This document shows, in pieces, positions 60,914-64,000 of a stretch of DNA of 64,000 bases. A program made the position numbers and the translations under genes. Under the pieces are notes generated by a model, which worked only from the letters and a program-made list of their open reading frames with translations, was not told the origin of the DNA and ran no database searches. The DNA comes from an uncultured Verrucomicrobiae bacterium (lineage in GTDB: Bacteria; Verrucomicrobiota; Verrucomicrobiia; Palsa-1439), in NCBI GenBank assembly GCA_963812605.1, contig CAWEWF010000001.1:352001-416000 (forward strand), written 5' to 3'. The stretch's first letter is position 1. The number at the start of each line of letters is the position of its first letter.

Positions 60914-61573
60914 ATGTTGGAAACCTGGGATTTTCTCTGTTCCCCGCCCGGCGGCGCGGCCTTCAACATGGCGCTGGACGAATCATTGTTGCGCACGGCG
61001 GTAAAACGCGGGCGCCCGTTGCTGCGGGTTTATTCGTGGGAGAAGCCGGCGGTCACCTTTGGCTATTTCCAGAAATTCCCCACGCAACTTGCTGAGAATT
61101 ACGAGGTGGTGCGTCGTTCCACGGGCGGCGGTGTGGTGTATCATGTTGAGGACACAACCTACACGGTTATCGTTCCCCCCGGGCATTCGTTGCACGCCAT
61201 GAAGACCACGGACGCCTATTGTGCGTTGCACAAGGCCGTCGCCGCCGCGTTCGAGACGCGACCGCACCTGCACGAGGCCGAACTTCATTCACCGCAGGGC
61301 CAATACGAGTGTTTCCAGAAACCTATGCGCGGCGATGTCGTGACCAGTGGTCGCAAGTTGGCCGGCGGCGCCCAGCGCCGCACGAAGTCCGGTATGTTGC
61401 ATCAAGGGTCCATTGACGCGAAAGTTTCCGTTGAGCAACTCAAACAAGGTTTTCAAGAAGCATTGGGCATCGATTTCGAGGACTACGAACTCACGGAGTC
61501 AGAGCGGACGGTTGCGGAAAAACTTTCCAGCGAGAAGTACGCAACCGATACCTGGAATCGGTACTTACGCTAG
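60914..61573 (+). CDS. Lipoate-protein ligase / LipM-like octanoyltransferase
   Basis: NMALDE, LRVYSW, VRRSTGGGVVYH, KLAGGAQRR, LHQGSI. Confidence 0.88.
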   Translation: MLETWDFLCSPPGGAAFNMALDESLLRTAVKRGRPLLRVYSWEKPAVTFGYFQKFPTQLAENYEVVRRSTGGGVVYHVEDTTYTVIVPPGHSLHAMKTTDAYCALHKAVAAAFETRPHLHEAELHSPQGQYECFQKPMRGDVVTSGRKLAGGAQRRTKSGMLHQGSIDAKVSVEQLKQGFQEALGIDFEDYELTESERTVAEKLSSEKYATDTWNRYLR

Positions 61574-61656
61574 AGTCATTTAGGTCGACCCGGGTTGCTC
61601 GATTTGGCCGGGTTTGGCTTGGAAGTCGGGGGATTTCAGAGTTTCCGCAACAAGCG

Positions 61657-62646
61657 CTATTTGAAAACCATAGCAAGGATGCCAGCCGAGACGCCCACCG
61701 CGGACAATAGCGCCAAGATAGACGCGCAGGCGCACGAGATGAGTATCAGCGCCAAAGGAATACTGTTCATACATATCGACAAGAGTGTCTTTGTTTCAAG
61801 CGCGAGAATGCATCCCGATAGAAGTGTGACATACCCGATGGCCAGAAGGTTTCCAATGGTTGCCAACCAGTAAATCATCCCTGCATGCGCGATCGGTGAC
61901 ATCCAAACAGCGATGAAGCCGAGAACCATCAAGCTTGCTGCCAAGGGGGTGCCAATAGTCACCAGTTTGTAGGTTCCATCGGTTGTCGTGGTTTTTCGTC
62001 TTCGAAGGGACTTCCAAATGACACAAACGGGGGAGAGCATCATGGCGAGGGCTATTGCGGCATTTATAAGGTCTTCAGACCACCATCTGCGCAAAAGCTT
62101 TTCGTCCATGTAATATCCGATATCGATCTGACTGCCATCGATTCGAACCCGACTCATCAATCGGCCCATCGTGTAGTGATCGACAAAAAAACGGTACTCG
62201 GCCAAACCGCCGCCATCGTAAAAGATGAACGAACCGTCCCACCTCGTACCGTCTTGCCACGTTCCTTCAGCCAAAACCTGTCCATTCCTGTCCCGCCAAG
62301 TGCTCCGGATGGGTTTTCCATCGAGATACTGCACTTCCTCAAACGTAGCTCCATCATTGTGGCGGGTCAGTTCCCGCCGTTTGCCATGGATGGCAAACCT
62401 GTTTCGAGGCTGCACAACACCCGTACATCCCTTGTAAATGTATTCGCTGAAATTCCATAATGGATCGCTGCGGAAACGAAGGAATTCAACGGGCGTATAG
62501 AGAAAATAAGCGAGCTTGCCAACGCCGAACACTTCCGCGACTGGAAGAATGAAACCGTAAGAAGCGAGGTACACGAAAAGCAGAGCGATCGCCAATCCTG
62601 CTGCGACCGTCCTTTTACCAGCTTCTCTCGGAGTCTGCAGCGCCAC
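61657..62646 (-). CDS. Hypothetical multi-pass membrane protein with short MORN-like segment
   Basis: 329-aa ORF, AT-richer; N-terminal TM, YLDGK...W..NGQ...EG.W.DG segment, about four C-terminal TMs. Confidence 0.6.
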   Translation of the reverse strand: MALQTPREAGKRTVAAGLAIALLFVYLASYGFILPVAEVFGVGKLAYFLYTPVEFLRFRSDPLWNFSEYIYKGCTGVVQPRNRFAIHGKRRELTRHNDGATFEEVQYLDGKPIRSTWRDRNGQVLAEGTWQDGTRWDGSFIFYDGGGLAEYRFFVDHYTMGRLMSRVRIDGSQIDIGYYMDEKLLRRWWSEDLINAAIALAMMLSPVCVIWKSLRRRKTTTTDGTYKLVTIGTPLAASLMVLGFIAVWMSPIAHAGMIYWLATIGNLLAIGYVTLLSGCILALETKTLLSICMNSIPLALILISCACASILALLSAVGVSAGILAMVFK

Positions 62647-62681
62647 GGCGGGCCTTTCAATTCTGATTCATGTAGTAGCGC

Positions 62682-63713
62682 TCAAGGAAGTTGACCGGAC
62701 CGCGGTTCCTCGGCCTGTAGCTGTGGTTGCTCGATCTGGCCGAGTTTGGCGTCGAATTTGGCGAGCGCTTTTTCGCCTTCGGAATAGCTGCCCTGCGCGT
62801 TGGTCAGGTGCTTGCCGAGGACACGGAAACTTTCCTGCACGCGTTCGAAGTCGCCGCGCAGGCGGGCGAGCGTGTTGAGGATTTCCTGGGCGCGCTCTTC
62901 GACCTGCATCCCGCGCAGGCCGAGCAGGATGGTCTGCAGGTACGCGTAGAAGCTGTTCGGCGAAACGGGCACGACACGTTTCTCCAGCGCGTAGCTGAAC
63001 AACGGCCGTTCCTCGCCCGAAGCACTCGCCTCTTCCTTGATGATGGTCTCGTAGTATACGTTTTCCGCGGGAACATACATCAGCGCGAAGTTGTAGGTGC
63101 CTTCGTCGGGCAGGATGTATTTCGTGGCGATGGCATCGACGTGCTTTTTCACGTCGCGCAGGAATTGTTTACGGGCCGCGATGCGCTCGGAGTCGCTCTG
63201 CGAGTCCAGGATGCGGCGGAAGTTTTCGAGCGGGAACTTGGAATCGACCGGCACGAGCTTGTTGCCGATCTGGATGACCGCGTCCACCGCCTCGCCGCTG
63301 CGAAAACGATGTTGCAGTTTGAAATGTTCGGGCGGCAGGATCTGCGCGAGCAGGTCGCCCAGAAACAATTCGCCCATCCCACCGCGCAGTTTTGGCGCGC
63401 GGAGGATGTTCACCAACTCCGCCGCGGCCTTGCCGACCTCGTGAATCTGCCCGACTTTTTCCCGGAGATCGCCGACAACCTTCGCGGCATTGTCGAGGCG
63501 GCTGTTCATTTGCGCGCTGGATTGCTGCAAGTTCTCGGAGACGGTCTGCCCAAATTTATCAAGCCGCTCCTGGAATGCGCTTACCTGCTGCTGGAGGAGC
63601 AGCAACGATTGGTCGGCCTGCTTCGGCCGGTTGCGTTCGCGTAGCACCACGGCGATCAGCGCCGCGACCGCGATCAAAGTGAGCAGGCCAATGATAATGA
63701 CGACAGAGGGCAC
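62682..63713 (-). CDS. rmuC: DNA recombination protein RmuC
   Basis: TM anchor, coiled coil, PKLRGGMGE..L, VDA...VDSKFP, KYILP..T..FA.MYVP.E, VSP. Confidence 0.93.
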   Translation of the reverse strand: MPSVVIIIGLLTLIAVAALIAVVLRERNRPKQADQSLLLLQQQVSAFQERLDKFGQTVSENLQQSSAQMNSRLDNAAKVVGDLREKVGQIHEVGKAAAELVNILRAPKLRGGMGELFLGDLLAQILPPEHFKLQHRFRSGEAVDAVIQIGNKLVPVDSKFPLENFRRILDSQSDSERIAARKQFLRDVKKHVDAIATKYILPDEGTYNFALMYVPAENVYYETIIKEEASASGEERPLFSYALEKRVVPVSPNSFYAYLQTILLGLRGMQVEERAQEILNTLARLRGDFERVQESFRVLGKHLTNAQGSYSEGEKALAKFDAKLGQIEQPQLQAEEPRSGQLP

Positions 63714-63849
63714 GGTCCAAAGCTAACATTTGGCCACGCCGACGGCAATTCTTTGGTTTCAGGCGGGCCTCTCGTGTTAACACCTTTTTAACGCATCGGC
63801 GCGGGGTTTTAATTAACGGTCTTTCGCAAACGCTGCGATGCTTTGGGGT

Positions 63850-64000
63850 ATGAACGCGCATGAGATTATTCAGATTATACTTTTCTTCGGAATCGGCATC
63901 GCCCTGACGCCGCCACTGGGTCGATTCATGGCGAAGGTGTTCAAGGGTGAGAGAACGTTCCTGCATCCCGTTCTCCAGCCAATCGAGAACCTGGTTTATC
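63850..64000 (+). CDS. kdpA: Potassium-transporting ATPase subunit KdpA, 5' part (runs off window)
   Basis: Read manually: MNAHEIIQIILFFGIGIALTPPLGRFMAKVFKGERTFLHPVLQPIENLVY; P.LG.+M..VF.GE.T.L.PV..P+E KdpA N-terminus. Confidence 0.85.
   Translation, partial: MNAHEIIQIILFFGIGIALTPPLGRFMAKVFKGERTFLHPVLQPIENLVY

Overview
GC-rich bacterial chromosomal window, probably Verrucomicrobiota/PVC (inferred from gene families and repeat types; no rRNA, tRNA or CRISPR array seen). It holds a purine cluster (purB-purS-purQ, purL, purF, purM, purH), carbohydrate genes (GH28, GH5-like, sugar ABC transporter, Gfo/Idh/MocA), two ECF sigma/anti-sigma pairs, repair genes (nth, polX, rmuC), a DUF2723-TPR glycosyltransferase, an S8 protease, ino1, a leuC-like gene, ppa, sixA and the start of kdpA. 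About 12 single-base frameshifts split otherwise intact genes and are most likely long-read errors. The most unusual region is an accessory islet at ~44.4-49.0 kb. There a DpnA-like adenine methyltransferase is bracketed by two related 36-bp direct-repeat boxes carrying 5 and 6 GATC sites. It converges on a winged-helix/PD-(D/E)XK nuclease preceded by two unknown genes. The window also has three promoter-bearing orphan antitoxin-like genes with toxin stubs, and several REP-like palindrome families, some nested in each other and some inserted in-frame in purL, purM and the methyltransferase.
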